In this document: positions 28,483 through 37,609 of the stretch, piece by piece
Layout: the number at the start of each line of letters is the position of its first letter
How positions within the stretch are numbered: the first letter of the stretch is position 1
NCBI GenBank assembly: GCA_017438525.1
Contig: JAFRVI010000075.1
Location: 34,144-98,143 of the forward strand
Reading direction: 5' to 3'
Source: Clostridia bacterium
Lineage (GTDB): Bacteria > Bacillota > Clostridia > Oscillospirales > RGIG8002
DNA length: 64,000 nt
The notes under the pieces: model-generated
Databases searched by the model: none
Seen by the model: only the letters and a program-made list of their open reading frames with translations
Told to the model about the DNA's origin: nothing
Made by a program: the position numbers and the translations under genes

Positions 28483-28504
28483 AATGTATCGTATTATTGA
28501 TTGA

Positions 28505-29251
28505 TTACTCGCCGATCATATCGTCCATCGAGTACATACCGTTTTCCTTGGCGGAGATGAACTGCGCGGCCTTGACCGCGCCGACGGCGAAGATATCGCG
28601 CGAAAGCGCGGTATGCTTCAGCGTGACGACCTCGTCCTTGCCGGCGAAGATGACCTCGTGGTCGCCGACTATCGTGCCTCCGCGCACGGAGGAGATTCCA
28701 AGCTCTTTCTTGTCGCGCTTCTGCCTGCGGGAGTGGCGGTCGTAGACGTAGACCGGCTCCTCCGGAAGCGCGCCGGAGATGGCGTCCGCGAGCATTATCG
28801 CTGTCCCGCTGGGCGCGTCGAGCTTGCGGTTGTGGTGCATCTCGACTATCTCGATATCGAAGGAATCGTAAAGTATCGACGCCGCCTTCTTCGCGAGCCC
28901 CGCGAGCAGGTTGACGCCGAAAGACATATTGTATGAGAAGAATACCGGCACCTGCGCGGACGCATTCCGCATATATTCGACCTGCTCGTCAGAAATGCCC
29001 GTCGTCGCGATGACCGCGGGCGTTTTCGTTTTAACGGCGTAGTCGATTATGCTTTTCAGCAGGGAGGGGTGGGAGAAGTCGATAACGCAGTCGTATTTTC
29101 CCGGCGCCTCCGAAATATCGGAGTAGACGGGGAAGCCGACCTCGGCGGCGACCTTGTCGACGCCGGCTGCCGGCTCGTGTCCGTATTCGCGGGCTACGGC
29201 GGCGACCGCCCTGCCCATAGCGCCCGCGGCGCCGCAAATCAGAATCTTCAT
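28505..29251 (-). CDS. dapB: 4-hydroxy-tetrahydrodipicolinate reductase
   Basis: MKILICGAAGAMGR Rossmann start and EMHHNRKLDAPSGTA motif. The track ORF extends to 29836 across dapA and is trimmed here. Confidence 0.9.
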   Translation of the reverse strand: MKILICGAAGAMGRAVAAVAREYGHEPAAGVDKVAAEVGFPVYSDISEAPGKYDCVIDFSHPSLLKSIIDYAVKTKTPAVIATTGISDEQVEYMRNASAQVPVFFSYNMSFGVNLLAGLAKKAASILYDSFDIEIVEMHHNRKLDAPSGTAIMLADAISGALPEEPVYVYDRHSRRQKRDKKELGISSVRGGTIVGDHEVIFAGKDEVVTLKHTALSRDIFAVGAVKAAQFISAKENGMYSMDDMIGE

Positions 29252-29274
29252 CTTAAACTTCCTTTTCGTTGCCG

Positions 29275-30174
29275 TCAGACGATAAGCGCCTCGGGCATGG
29301 CGTTCGCGAGCTCGACGTGCAGGCGTTCCTCGTTCTTGCCGGAGATCTTCGTCAGCGGCATACGGAGCGAACCGTCGCACCAGCCGAGCAGCTTCATCGC
29401 TTCTTTGACGGGGATGGGGTTGACGTCGCAGAAGAGCGCCTCGATAAGCGGATGGAACTTCATCTGCAGCGCGAGGGACTCCTTGAGCTTGCCGTTGAAC
29501 CAGTATTGGCAGATATCGTGCGTTTCGCGCGGCAGGCAGTTGGCGAGGACGGAAATAACGCCTATGCCGCCGAGCGAGAGGATCGGCACGATCTGATCGT
29601 CGTTGCCGGAATAGATCTGCAGGTCGTCGCCGCAGAGGTAAGCGGTGCGCATTATCTGCGAAATATTGCCGGAGGCCTCCTTGATTGCGACGATATTCGG
29701 GTGTTTCGCAAGCTCCGCGCAGGTCTCGGGCAGTATGTTGACGCCCGTGCGGGAGGGGACGTTGTAGAGTATCATCGGGATATCCACTCTGTCCGCGACG
29801 CACTCGAAGTGCTTGACGAGCCCGGCTTGCGAGCATTTGTTGTAATATGGAGTGACGGCGAGCAGCGCGTCCGCGCCGGCTTCCGCGGCGTATTGCGAGA
29901 GCTCGAGGAAATAGGCGGTGTCGTTGCTTCCGGTTCCGGCGATGACGGGTATCCTGCCGGCGACGGTCTTCACCGCGAAGCTGATGGCGTTGCGGTGTTC
30001 GGCGTCGGTCAGAGTCGAGGGTTCGCCGGTCGTTCCGCAGATAATGACCGCGTCGGTGCCGTTCTCGACCTGGTAGTTGAGTATCCTTTCGAGCGCGGGG
30101 TAGTCGATGGCGCCGCCGTCGATGAACGGGGTGATGATAGCTACGCCCGAGCCCTTAAATACAGTCTTTTTCAT
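29275..30174 (-). CDS. dapA: 4-hydroxy-tetrahydrodipicolinate synthase
   Basis: GSGVAIITPF, GTTGEPSTL and IVAIKEASG (Schiff-base lysine) motifs. Confidence 0.9.
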   Translation of the reverse strand: MKKTVFKGSGVAIITPFIDGGAIDYPALERILNYQVENGTDAVIICGTTGEPSTLTDAEHRNAISFAVKTVAGRIPVIAGTGSNDTAYFLELSQYAAEAGADALLAVTPYYNKCSQAGLVKHFECVADRVDIPMILYNVPSRTGVNILPETCAELAKHPNIVAIKEASGNISQIMRTAYLCGDDLQIYSGNDDQIVPILSLGGIGVISVLANCLPRETHDICQYWFNGKLKESLALQMKFHPLIEALFCDVNPIPVKEAMKLLGWCDGSLRMPLTKISGKNEERLHVELANAMPEALIV

Positions 30175-30205
30175 ATCTGTTCTGCCTTTCGTAAAAATTG
30201 CAGCG

Positions 30206-31285
30206 TCAGTCGATATAACCCTCGGCGCAGAGCAGTTCGGCCATGAGCACGGCTCCGCCCGCGGCGCCTCTCAGCGTGTTGTGTGAGAGGGAAACGAACT
30301 TCATATCAAAGAGGTTATCTTCGCGGAGACGTCCCACGGTGATGCCCATGCCGCCGTAGATGTCGCGGTCGAGCGCGGTCTGCGGGCGGTTGTCTTCCTC
30401 AAAGTAGGTGATGAACTGCTCGGGCGCGGAGGGGAGCTTCAGCTCCTGCGGACGCCCCTTGAAGTTCTTCCATATCTCCTTGACCTCGTCGAAGGACGGG
30501 GGATTCTCAAACGAAGCGAAGACCGCCGCGAGGTGTCCGTCGGAAACGGGCACGCGCACACACTGCGCGGTGATGACGGGGGAGGAGGCGAGCTTTATCT
30601 CGCCGTCGGCAATCGAGCCCCAGATCTTGAGCGGTTCGACTTCGCTCTTTTCCTCTTCGCCGCCGATGTAGGGGATGACGTTGTCCGCGATCTCGGGGAA
30701 GGTGGCGAACGTCTTGCCCGCGCCGCTTATCGCCTGATAGGTGCAGACGGCGATGGATTTCAGCCCGAACCTGCGCAGCGGCGAAAGCGCGGGAACGTAT
30801 CCCTGGATTGAGCAGTTCGGCTTGACTGCGACGAAGCCGCGCTTCGTGCCGAGCCGCGCGCGCTGTACGGGTATTATCTCCGCGTGGTGCGGGTTAATCT
30901 CCGGGATGAGCATGGGAACGTCGGGCGTCAGGCGGTGCGCCGAGTTGTTGGAAACGACGGGGCATTCGCGCATGGCGTACTTGTTCTCGAGCTCGCGTAT
31001 CTCCGCCTTCGGCATATCGACAGCGCAGAAGACGAAATCGACCGAGGAGGCGATCTTATCGATATCCTGCTCCGCGTCGAGCACCACCATATCCTTGACG
31101 CTTTCCGGCATCGCGGAGGCGAGCTTCCAGCGGCCTTCCATCAGTTCGCCGTAGGGCTTTCCCGCGGAGCGGGAGCTGGCGGCGAGCAGCGCGATATCGA
31201 AATTCGGGTGCTTGTCGAGCAGTGTGATGAAGCGCTGACCGACCATACCGGTCGCGCCGATTATTCCGACTTTGTAGTTTCTCAT
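30206..31285 (-). CDS. asd: aspartate-semialdehyde dehydrogenase
   Basis: VGIIGATGMVGQRF and active-site PNCSIQ. Start MRNYKV at 31285. Confidence 0.9.
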   Translation of the reverse strand: MRNYKVGIIGATGMVGQRFITLLDKHPNFDIALLAASSRSAGKPYGELMEGRWKLASAMPESVKDMVVLDAEQDIDKIASSVDFVFCAVDMPKAEIRELENKYAMRECPVVSNNSAHRLTPDVPMLIPEINPHHAEIIPVQRARLGTKRGFVAVKPNCSIQGYVPALSPLRRFGLKSIAVCTYQAISGAGKTFATFPEIADNVIPYIGGEEEKSEVEPLKIWGSIADGEIKLASSPVITAQCVRVPVSDGHLAAVFASFENPPSFDEVKEIWKNFKGRPQELKLPSAPEQFITYFEEDNRPQTALDRDIYGGMGITVGRLREDNLFDMKFVSLSHNTLRGAAGGAVLMAELLCAEGYID

Positions 31286-31476
31286 AGATATCAGGTCCTT
31301 TCGCGGTCGGGGTTTCGCGCTCTTTATATGGTATGCTTTTGTGACGAAACTACCACACCTATCATAATAGTATAGCATAATATCAAAAAATGGCAATAGC
31401 AAAAATGAAAATTTTTACGGATTAAAGCGTAAAATTATTCGCTCCGGTGCTTCGGGATAAAAATGGAAGAATCCAC

Positions 31477-31505
31477 TTGAAAAGCCGCGCAGGATTTGGT
31501 ATAAT
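31477..31505 (+). promoter_or_regulatory. sigma-A promoter for mtaD-mazG
   Basis: TTGAAA, 17-nt spacer, TATAAT preceded by TGg. Confidence 0.65.
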
Positions 31506-31555
31506 AATTTTTTAGAAACGACGCTTTGCCGCGTTCGCGGCGGAAAGGTGATAAT

Positions 31556-32833
31556 ATGAAAAAACTCATCAAAAACGTTACCGTCATAACCCCCTCCGGA
31601 GAGGTGCGCGGATGCATCGGCGTCGACGGCAGGGTCATCGACTATATCGGCGCGCCGGAGCCGGCCGGATACGACGAGATTATCGACGGCAAAAACGCGA
31701 TAGCGGTTCCCGGCTTCGTGAACGCGCACGCGCATCTGCCGATGGTGCTTTTCCGCGGATACGCGGAGGATATGGCGCTCCAGCCGTGGCTTTTTGAGAA
31801 GATATTTCCCGCCGAGGACAAGCTGACTCCCGAGCTCGTAAAATGGGCGTCCCGCGTCGCGATCGCGGAGATGATTTCGGGCGGAACCACGTCCTTCTCC
31901 GATATGTACTATTTCTGCGACGAAATTATTTCCGCCGTACTCGACAGCGGCATAAAGGCGAATATTTCCCGCGGCGTTTCCGCGTTCGCGGAGACCGACG
32001 CGTCGAAGCTCGTTTCATTTCGCGAGACGGAGGAGCTTTTCGGCAGGTTCGACGGCGCGGGCGAAGGCCGCGTGAAGATCGACGCCTGCCTCCACAGCGA
32101 ATACACGAACAACAAAGCGATCTGCCGCGCGATGGCGGATTACGCGCTTGAGAAGAAGGCGGTGCTTCACGTCCACGTTTCCGAAACCGAAACCGAGCAC
32201 CGCGAATGCATAGAGCGCCACGGTCTTACGCCGACGGCGTTCCTCGAGAAGTGCGGCTGCTTCAGGTCTCCCGTTCTCGCCGCGCACTGTGTCTGGCTGA
32301 CTGACGAGGATATCGCGATCATGGCGGCGAACGGCGCCTCCGCCGCGCACAACCCCTCCAGCAATCTGAAACTCGGCAGCGGCGTCGCCCGCGTTACCGA
32401 TATGCTCGCCGCCGGAGTAAACGTCTGTCTCGGAACGGACGGCTGCTCGTCGAACAACAACACCGATATGTTCACCGAACTCCACCTCGCGTCGCTGTGC
32501 GCGAAGGGCTTCCGCCGCGATCCGCAGGCGCTGCCCGCCTCGCAGGCGTTCGCGCTCGCGAACGCTGCCGGCGCGAAGGCGCAGGGCAGGGCGGATACCG
32601 GCGTCCTCGAGGTCGGCAAGCGCGCCGATATCGCGCTCGTCGGAACGGACGCGCCGCATATGCATCCGACCTATAACGCCACCGTTGCGATAGTTCAGTC
32701 CGCGCGCGCGGCCGACGTCCGCTTGACGATGGTCGACGGCGAGGTGCTTTACAAGGACGGCGAATACAAGACGCTCGACGTCGAGGAAGCGATCTTCGAG
32801 ATGGAGAAGCTCGTCGACAAGACTTACAGATAG
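31556..32833 (+). CDS. mtaD: amidohydrolase, 5-methylthioadenosine/S-adenosylhomocysteine deaminase-like
   Basis: GFVNAHAHLPM metal motif, HVSET, and GTDG..SNN. Confidence 0.8.
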   Translation: MKKLIKNVTVITPSGEVRGCIGVDGRVIDYIGAPEPAGYDEIIDGKNAIAVPGFVNAHAHLPMVLFRGYAEDMALQPWLFEKIFPAEDKLTPELVKWASRVAIAEMISGGTTSFSDMYYFCDEIISAVLDSGIKANISRGVSAFAETDASKLVSFRETEELFGRFDGAGEGRVKIDACLHSEYTNNKAICRAMADYALEKKAVLHVHVSETETEHRECIERHGLTPTAFLEKCGCFRSPVLAAHCVWLTDEDIAIMAANGASAAHNPSSNLKLGSGVARVTDMLAAGVNVCLGTDGCSSNNNTDMFTELHLASLCAKGFRRDPQALPASQAFALANAAGAKAQGRADTGVLEVGKRADIALVGTDAPHMHPTYNATVAIVQSARAADVRLTMVDGEVLYKDGEYKTLDVEEAIFEMEKLVDKTYR

Positions 32834-32845
32834 AGGGTGCGCGTA

Positions 32846-33556
32846 ATGACCGAAGAAGCGAAAAGACTTGTAAAAGAAAAATACGGGTTTCAGGACCTCG
32901 TTGACATAATGGCGCTGCTGCGCAGCGAAAACGGCTGTCCGTGGGACCGCGCGCAGACGCACGAGAGCATACGCAAGAACTTCATCGAGGAGACCTACGA
33001 GGCGTGCGAAGCGATCGATAATCACGACACCGCAAATCTACGCGAAGAGCTCGGCGACGTGCTGCTCCAGGTGCTTTTCCACGCGCAGATGGAGCGCGAG
33101 GCGGGGCGTTTCGATATAAACGACGTCATCACCGAGGTGTGCGAAAAGCTCGTCGTACGCCATCCGCACATTTTCGGCGACGTTTCGGCGGATACGCCGG
33201 AAAAGGTGCTCGAGAATTGGGAGGATATAAAGATCCGCACGAAAGGCCAGACGGACGGCAAAAAGCGTCTTGAGGACGTCCCGAAATCGCTTCCCGCGCT
33301 GATGCGTTCATACAAAGTCATCAAGCGTGCGGAAAAGGCCGGCGCCGACCTCGGCGCACCGGAGGATGTTGCCGATAACACTTCCGCGCTTTTGAAGGAT
33401 TATTTGCAGGCGGAGCAGGCCGAAAAAGAGCAAATTATGGGAAAAATGCTCATAAATCTTGTTACTTTAGCAAAAAAATTTGAAATTGAGCCAGAAGAAG
33501 TATTGACAAAAGCTGTTAATTGGTATATCATATCTTACAAGGGAAACGAAGAATAA
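32846..33556 (+). CDS. mazG: MazG nucleoside triphosphate pyrophosphohydrolase
   Basis: CPWDRAQTHESI...EETYE and EELGDVLLQV motifs. Confidence 0.85.
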   Translation: MTEEAKRLVKEKYGFQDLVDIMALLRSENGCPWDRAQTHESIRKNFIEETYEACEAIDNHDTANLREELGDVLLQVLFHAQMEREAGRFDINDVITEVCEKLVVRHPHIFGDVSADTPEKVLENWEDIKIRTKGQTDGKKRLEDVPKSLPALMRSYKVIKRAEKAGADLGAPEDVADNTSALLKDYLQAEQAEKEQIMGKMLINLVTLAKKFEIEPEEVLTKAVNWYIISYKGNEE

Positions 33557-33627
33557 TACTTCGGACAAGCCCTTGAAGAAGTTAACAAACCGCACGTGCG
33601 GTTAATTTTGAAGGAGGAAATCAAACC

Positions 33628-33900
33628 ATGACCAAGACTGAACTCATTGCGATCATCGCCAAGGAAGCTGACCTGCCGAAGGCTAAGGCCGAGAAGGCCC
33701 TCGCCGCCACTCTCGACGGCATCAAGAAGGCCCTCAAGAAGGGCGACAAGGTCCAGTTCGTCGGATTCGGCACTTTCGAAGTCAGAAAGCGCCCCGCCAG
33801 AAAGGGCCTCAACCCCAGAACCAAGGAAGCCATCAAGATTCCGGCGTCCAAAGTTCCCGCTTTCAAGGCCGGCAAGGCCCTCAAGGATGCTGTCAAATAA
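33628..33900 (+). CDS. hup: HU-family DNA-binding protein
   Basis: MTKTELIA...GFGTFEVRKRPARKGLNPRT. Confidence 0.9.
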   Translation: MTKTELIAIIAKEADLPKAKAEKALAATLDGIKKALKKGDKVQFVGFGTFEVRKRPARKGLNPRTKEAIKIPASKVPAFKAGKALKDAVK

Positions 33901-33921
33901 TTAAGACAATATTCGTTAAAG

Positions 33922-33951
33922 GCGGTCGGAGCGACAGCTCCGGCCGCTTTT
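33922..33951 (+). terminator. intrinsic terminator after hup
   Basis: GCGGTCGGAGC-GACA-GCTCCGGCCGC followed by TTTT. Confidence 0.85.
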
Positions 33952-33967
33952 ATCACACGGAGGCAAT

Positions 33968-34213
33968 ATGCGAGTAGACAAGTTTCTGAAAGTCAGCCGC
34001 ATTATCAAGCGGCGCACCGTCGCCAATACCGCGTGCGACGGAGGCAGAGTGAGCGTAAACGGCAAAAGCGTCAAGCCGTCGCACGAGGTCAAGGTCGGGG
34101 ATATAATCGAGGTTTCCTTCGGCACGGGAAAGGTGAAAGCGGAGATACTCTCCGTTGCGCCGACCGCCGCGAAAGCGGATGCGCCGTCGATGTACCGGAT
34201 CATCGAGGGCTGA
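33968..34213 (+). CDS. S4-domain RNA-binding protein (YabO-like)
   Basis: MRVDKFLKVSRIIKRRT S4 motif. Synteny with mazG and yabP. Confidence 0.75.
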   Translation: MRVDKFLKVSRIIKRRTVANTACDGGRVSVNGKSVKPSHEVKVGDIIEVSFGTGKVKAEILSVAPTAAKADAPSMYRIIEG

Positions 34214-34329
34214 TTGAGGCAAGGATAAATAAATAGAATAGAATAAGCGCCCGCCGCTGTTCATAAGTATAGGTGTCTGTATTTATGAACGGCGGATTTT
34301 TACGCCTGAATTCAAGGGGGCGCGGCGAA

Positions 34330-34602
34330 ATGGCTGAAAGCATAACTGAAAAGTCGCACGATCTGTCAATCGTGCGCAGAAAGAAGATGACTCTTACCGG
34401 CGTTGAAGACGTGGTGAGTTATGATGATAGCAGGATGGTGATGAAAACCGCGCTTGGCGGACTTGTTATCGCCGGCGCCGGCCTGAAGCTCGGACGGCTT
34501 GACACGTCGAGCGGAGAGGCGGAGGTCGAAGGACTGATAAAAATGCTTGAATACACCGACGCCGGCACTGAAAAGGGCTTCTTTAAGAAGTTGTTTCGCT
34601 GA
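34330..34602 (+). CDS. yabP: sporulation protein YabP
   Basis: HDLSIVRRKKMTLTGVEDVVSYDD pattern. ATG at 34330 after AAGGGGG. Confidence 0.75.
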   Translation: MAESITEKSHDLSIVRRKKMTLTGVEDVVSYDDSRMVMKTALGGLVIAGAGLKLGRLDTSSGEAEVEGLIKMLEYTDAGTEKGFFKKLFR

Positions 34603-35123
34603 TGCAGTTCTTTGACGATACCGGCGCGGTGCTGGTCAATATGCTGCGGCTCGCGGTTTACGGAGCTGCAGCGGAGTTCGCGCTTGAGGTGATAAACGGG
34701 TGGAATTCTGCGCGAAGACCGAATAAAAAAGCCCTCTTTGCCGCCGATCTCGGTTGGAGCATATTCGCGGCGGCGGGTTTCTTTTTGCTGCTGCTCGCGT
34801 ACGCGGACGGCGCTCTTCGCCTGCTGTGGTTCGCATGCGCATTCGCCGGCGGATTCGTTTTCAGGCGGCTTTTCGGGCAGCCGACAAAGCGTGCGTTTGC
34901 AGCGTATTTCCGTTTCACGGCGAGCGTATGGAGATTTGTCTGCGCGCACGTTTTGAATCCTGTAGTTTCAGCGGCGAAAAAAATCGCGAAATTTTTCTCA
35001 AAACCCTTGATATTTTTTACTGCATGCATTAAAATGAAAGCGTATAGGTTAAAATCCGGAAGAATCAGGCGTAAAATCGCGAGGAGAAAACGCAGATGGC
35101 TTCGAGAGCGAAAAAAGGCGTAA
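34602..35123 (+). CDS. yabQ: spore cortex biosynthesis protein YabQ-like membrane protein
   Basis: Multi-TM protein with a basic tail, in the yabQ slot between yabP and divIC. Confidence 0.55.
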   Translation: MQFFDDTGAVLVNMLRLAVYGAAAEFALEVINGWNSARRPNKKALFAADLGWSIFAAAGFFLLLLAYADGALRLLWFACAFAGGFVFRRLFGQPTKRAFAAYFRFTASVWRFVCAHVLNPVVSAAKKIAKFFSKPLIFFTACIKMKAYRLKSGRIRRKIARRKRRWLRERKKA

Positions 35124-35389
35124 AGAGAAAGGGCATGCTGCTTAGAATAGCAGTGGTGCTTTTCTTGTGCTTTGTCTGCTACACGATCGTCAAGCTGCAG
35201 ATAGGCATCTCCCAGATGCGCGCCCGTCTCGCCGACATCGAGAAGGAGAACGCCGCGATCGAAATGGAGATCGCGGAAAAGGAGATAACCCTTCAGGAAG
35301 GCGCGACGAAGGAGAACGTGGAACGTATCGCGCGCGAAACGCTCAACTACGTTTATCCGGACGAGATCATCTACACGGATCTCCCGTGA
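35096..35389 (+). CDS. divIC: septum formation initiator (DivIC/FtsB family)
   Basis: Single TM, then a coiled coil, then ERIARETLNYVYPDEI. Confidence 0.7.
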   Translation: MASRAKKGVKRKGMLLRIAVVLFLCFVCYTIVKLQIGISQMRARLADIEKENAAIEMEIAEKEITLQEGATKENVERIARETLNYVYPDEIIYTDLP

Positions 35390-35412
35390 TGCGTAGGAGG
35401 AAAAACTGATAT

Positions 35413-35868
35413 ATGCCAATAAACGTCGGTGATATTTTTGAGGGAACGGTGACCGGAATAACCAATTTCGGCGCTTTCGTCGCGCTTCCGGATGGAAAAT
35501 CCGGAATGGTGCATATTTCCGAGGTGGCCAACGTTTACGTCAAAGACATAAACGAGTTCGTCAAGGACAAGCAGACCGTCAAGGTCAAGGTGATCGGCAT
35601 CGACGACAAAGGCAAGATCGGCCTTTCGATGAAGCAGGCGGCCGAATCCGCGCCGGAACCGCCCAAGCGCCGCGAGGAGAAGCCCGCGCCGGCGCCCGTG
35701 CCTGCCAAAAAGCCGCCCGTTTTCGACGGCGGTTGGACTCCGGAGATAACCGACGACGCGGATTTCGAGGGAATGATGGCGAAGTTCAAGAAACTGAGTG
35801 AGGAGAAGATGAGCGACTTCAAGCGCAGCAGAGACGTTAAGCACGGAAGTTACTCGAGAAGAAGATAG
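35413..35868 (+). CDS. S1-domain RNA-binding protein (YabR-like)
   Basis: GDIFEGTVTGITNFGAFVALPDGKSGMVHISE S1 fold. Confidence 0.8.
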   Translation: MPINVGDIFEGTVTGITNFGAFVALPDGKSGMVHISEVANVYVKDINEFVKDKQTVKVKVIGIDDKGKIGLSMKQAAESAPEPPKRREEKPAPAPVPAKKPPVFDGGWTPEITDDADFEGMMAKFKKLSEEKMSDFKRSRDVKHGSYSRRR

Positions 35869-35869
35869 T

Positions 35870-37030
35870 ATGCTTATAAAAAACGCGAAAGTATTTATGC
35901 CCGACGGCGACGTTATGGAGAACGCCTGGCTTGCCGCCCGCGACGGAAAGATCAGCGGGATAGGCAGGATGACCGAGGCGCTCCCTCACTTTGAGGGTGA
36001 GGAGTATGACGCTGCCGGCGGTTTCTTACTGCCCGGATTCATAGATCCGCACACGCACCTCGGAATGTGGGAGGATTCCCTCGGCTTTGAGGGCGCCGAC
36101 GGCAACGAGGAGACCGACCCCGCCACTCCGCAGCTCCGCGCGATAGACGGCGTCAACCCAATGGACAGATGTTTCTCCGAAGCGCTCGATTACGGCGTGA
36201 CCTCCGTTGTTACCGGCATGGGCAGCGCTAATCCCGTCGGCGGGCAGATGGTCGCTGTGAAGACCTTCGGCGACTGCGTCGACGACATGATAATCAAGAA
36301 CCCCGTCGCTGTCAAATTCGCGCTCGGAGAAAATCCGAAAACGGTCTACAACGGTCAGAAGCAGGCGCCGATGACCCGCATGGCGACCGCGGCGATAATC
36401 AGAGAATCGCTTTTCAAAGCGAAGAAGTATATGGAAAAGCAGGGCAGGGCCGCCGCCGACGAAGACGAGGACGAGCCAGACTTCGATATGAAGAGCGAGG
36501 CGCTCATCCCGCTGCTGAAGGGTGAGATCTCCGCGCATTTCCACGCGCACCGCGCGGACGACATCTTCACCGCGATCCGTATCGCCGACGAGTTCGGGCT
36601 GGATTTGAAAATAGTCCACGGCACCGACGCCGCCTGCATCGCGAAGCGTCTTGCCGACCGTGGTATCGACGTTTTCGTCGGCCCGATAATAAGCGACCGG
36701 TGCAAGCCGGAGCTGCGCTCGAAGTCGGATTCCACCGCCGCCGAGCTTGCCGCCGCCGGGGTCTCCGTTTCGATAACGACCGATCACAACGTCGTGCCGA
36801 TACAGCATCTGCTGACCTCCGTGCAGATCGCCGTGCGCGCCGGTCTTTCCAAACGCGACGCGTTCCGCGCGGTCACGGTCAATCCCGCGAAGGCGCTCGG
36901 TCTCGAGTCCAGAATCGGCCGCCTCGCCGTCGGTCTGGACGCGGATATGTCCGTATTCGCCGAGGATCCGTTCGAGACCGTCGCCGCGAAACCGGCGATG
37001 GTTTTCATCGACGGCCGGCGCGTCAGATAG
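35870..37030 (+). CDS. amidohydrolase-family protein
   Basis: PGFIDPHTHLG metal motif and a conserved late Asp (ITTDHN). Confidence 0.75.
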   Translation: MLIKNAKVFMPDGDVMENAWLAARDGKISGIGRMTEALPHFEGEEYDAAGGFLLPGFIDPHTHLGMWEDSLGFEGADGNEETDPATPQLRAIDGVNPMDRCFSEALDYGVTSVVTGMGSANPVGGQMVAVKTFGDCVDDMIIKNPVAVKFALGENPKTVYNGQKQAPMTRMATAAIIRESLFKAKKYMEKQGRAAADEDEDEPDFDMKSEALIPLLKGEISAHFHAHRADDIFTAIRIADEFGLDLKIVHGTDAACIAKRLADRGIDVFVGPIISDRCKPELRSKSDSTAAELAAAGVSVSITTDHNVVPIQHLLTSVQIAVRAGLSKRDAFRAVTVNPAKALGLESRIGRLAVGLDADMSVFAEDPFETVAAKPAMVFIDGRRVR

Positions 37031-37063
37031 CATCAGATAACGAACGATCGGAAGTGGAGCTTA

Positions 37064-37354
37064 ATGGCTGAAATACTTGAAGCGGCAATGGTGATACTCT
37101 TCGGTGTATCATGGCCGACGTCGATAATCAAATCATACCGCGCGCGCACGGCGAAAGGGAAGAGTCTGCTTTTCCTGTGCTTTATATTCTTTGGCTACGT
37201 CTGCGGCATCGCGGCGAAGATAATCACCGGCAATATCACCTATGTTTTCGCGTTTTACGTGCTTAATCTGCTGATGGTCGGTACGGATATCGCGCTCTAC
37301 TTCCGCAACCGCGCGCTCGATCGCGTCGCCGAAAAAACGGAGCAGCCGGCATAA
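37064..37354 (+). CDS. small 3-TM membrane protein, possibly PQ-loop/SemiSWEET-like
   Basis: 96 aa with three hydrophobic spans. WPTSIIKSYRARTAKGKS resembles a PQ-loop motif, but weakly. Confidence 0.4.
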   Translation: MAEILEAAMVILFGVSWPTSIIKSYRARTAKGKSLLFLCFIFFGYVCGIAAKIITGNITYVFAFYVLNLLMVGTDIALYFRNRALDRVAEKTEQPA

Positions 37355-37404
37355 TAATCATTAGAAGAAATTGCTGAAATCCTTACACAAAATTGTAACA
37401 AAAA

Positions 37405-37437
37405 AGTTACAAATCGGGAACGGTTTGTAACTTTTAT
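37405..37437 (+). terminator. intrinsic terminator
   Basis: AGTTACAAA-10 nt-TTTGTAACT followed by TTTATT. Confidence 0.75.
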
Positions 37438-37511
37438 TGTTAATATTCGCTATGTTTTGTGGAAATATAGAAGTTGTGATTGTGCATATTCCCGAAAAAG
37501 TATCAAAAGTA

Positions 37512-37539
37512 TTGCAAAATAGTTACAAACGGTTATAAT
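37512..37539 (+). promoter_or_regulatory. sigma-A promoter for the M23/LysM/G5 gene
   Basis: TTGCAA, 16-nt spacer, TATAAT. The spacer contains AGTTACAAA. Confidence 0.6.
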
Positions 37540-37609
37540 AGTATAGTACGAAAACACTCCCGTTCGCGGGAAACGGCGGATCATCGCCGGTAAAAAAGGT
37601 GGATATATC

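Noticed and set aside
28505-29836. Track ORF of 443 aa, read as a single protein.
   Set aside because: Only the C-terminal 248 aa (from MKILICGAAG) is DapB. The N-terminal extension overlaps the 3' half of dapA in another frame and is Arg-rich filler.
31286-31420. Lysine riboswitch or T-box upstream of asd-dapA-dapB.
   Set aside because: The leader from the likely extended -10 (TGCTATACT, minus strand) to the asd start is only ~80 nt. It lacks the L-box conserved elements.
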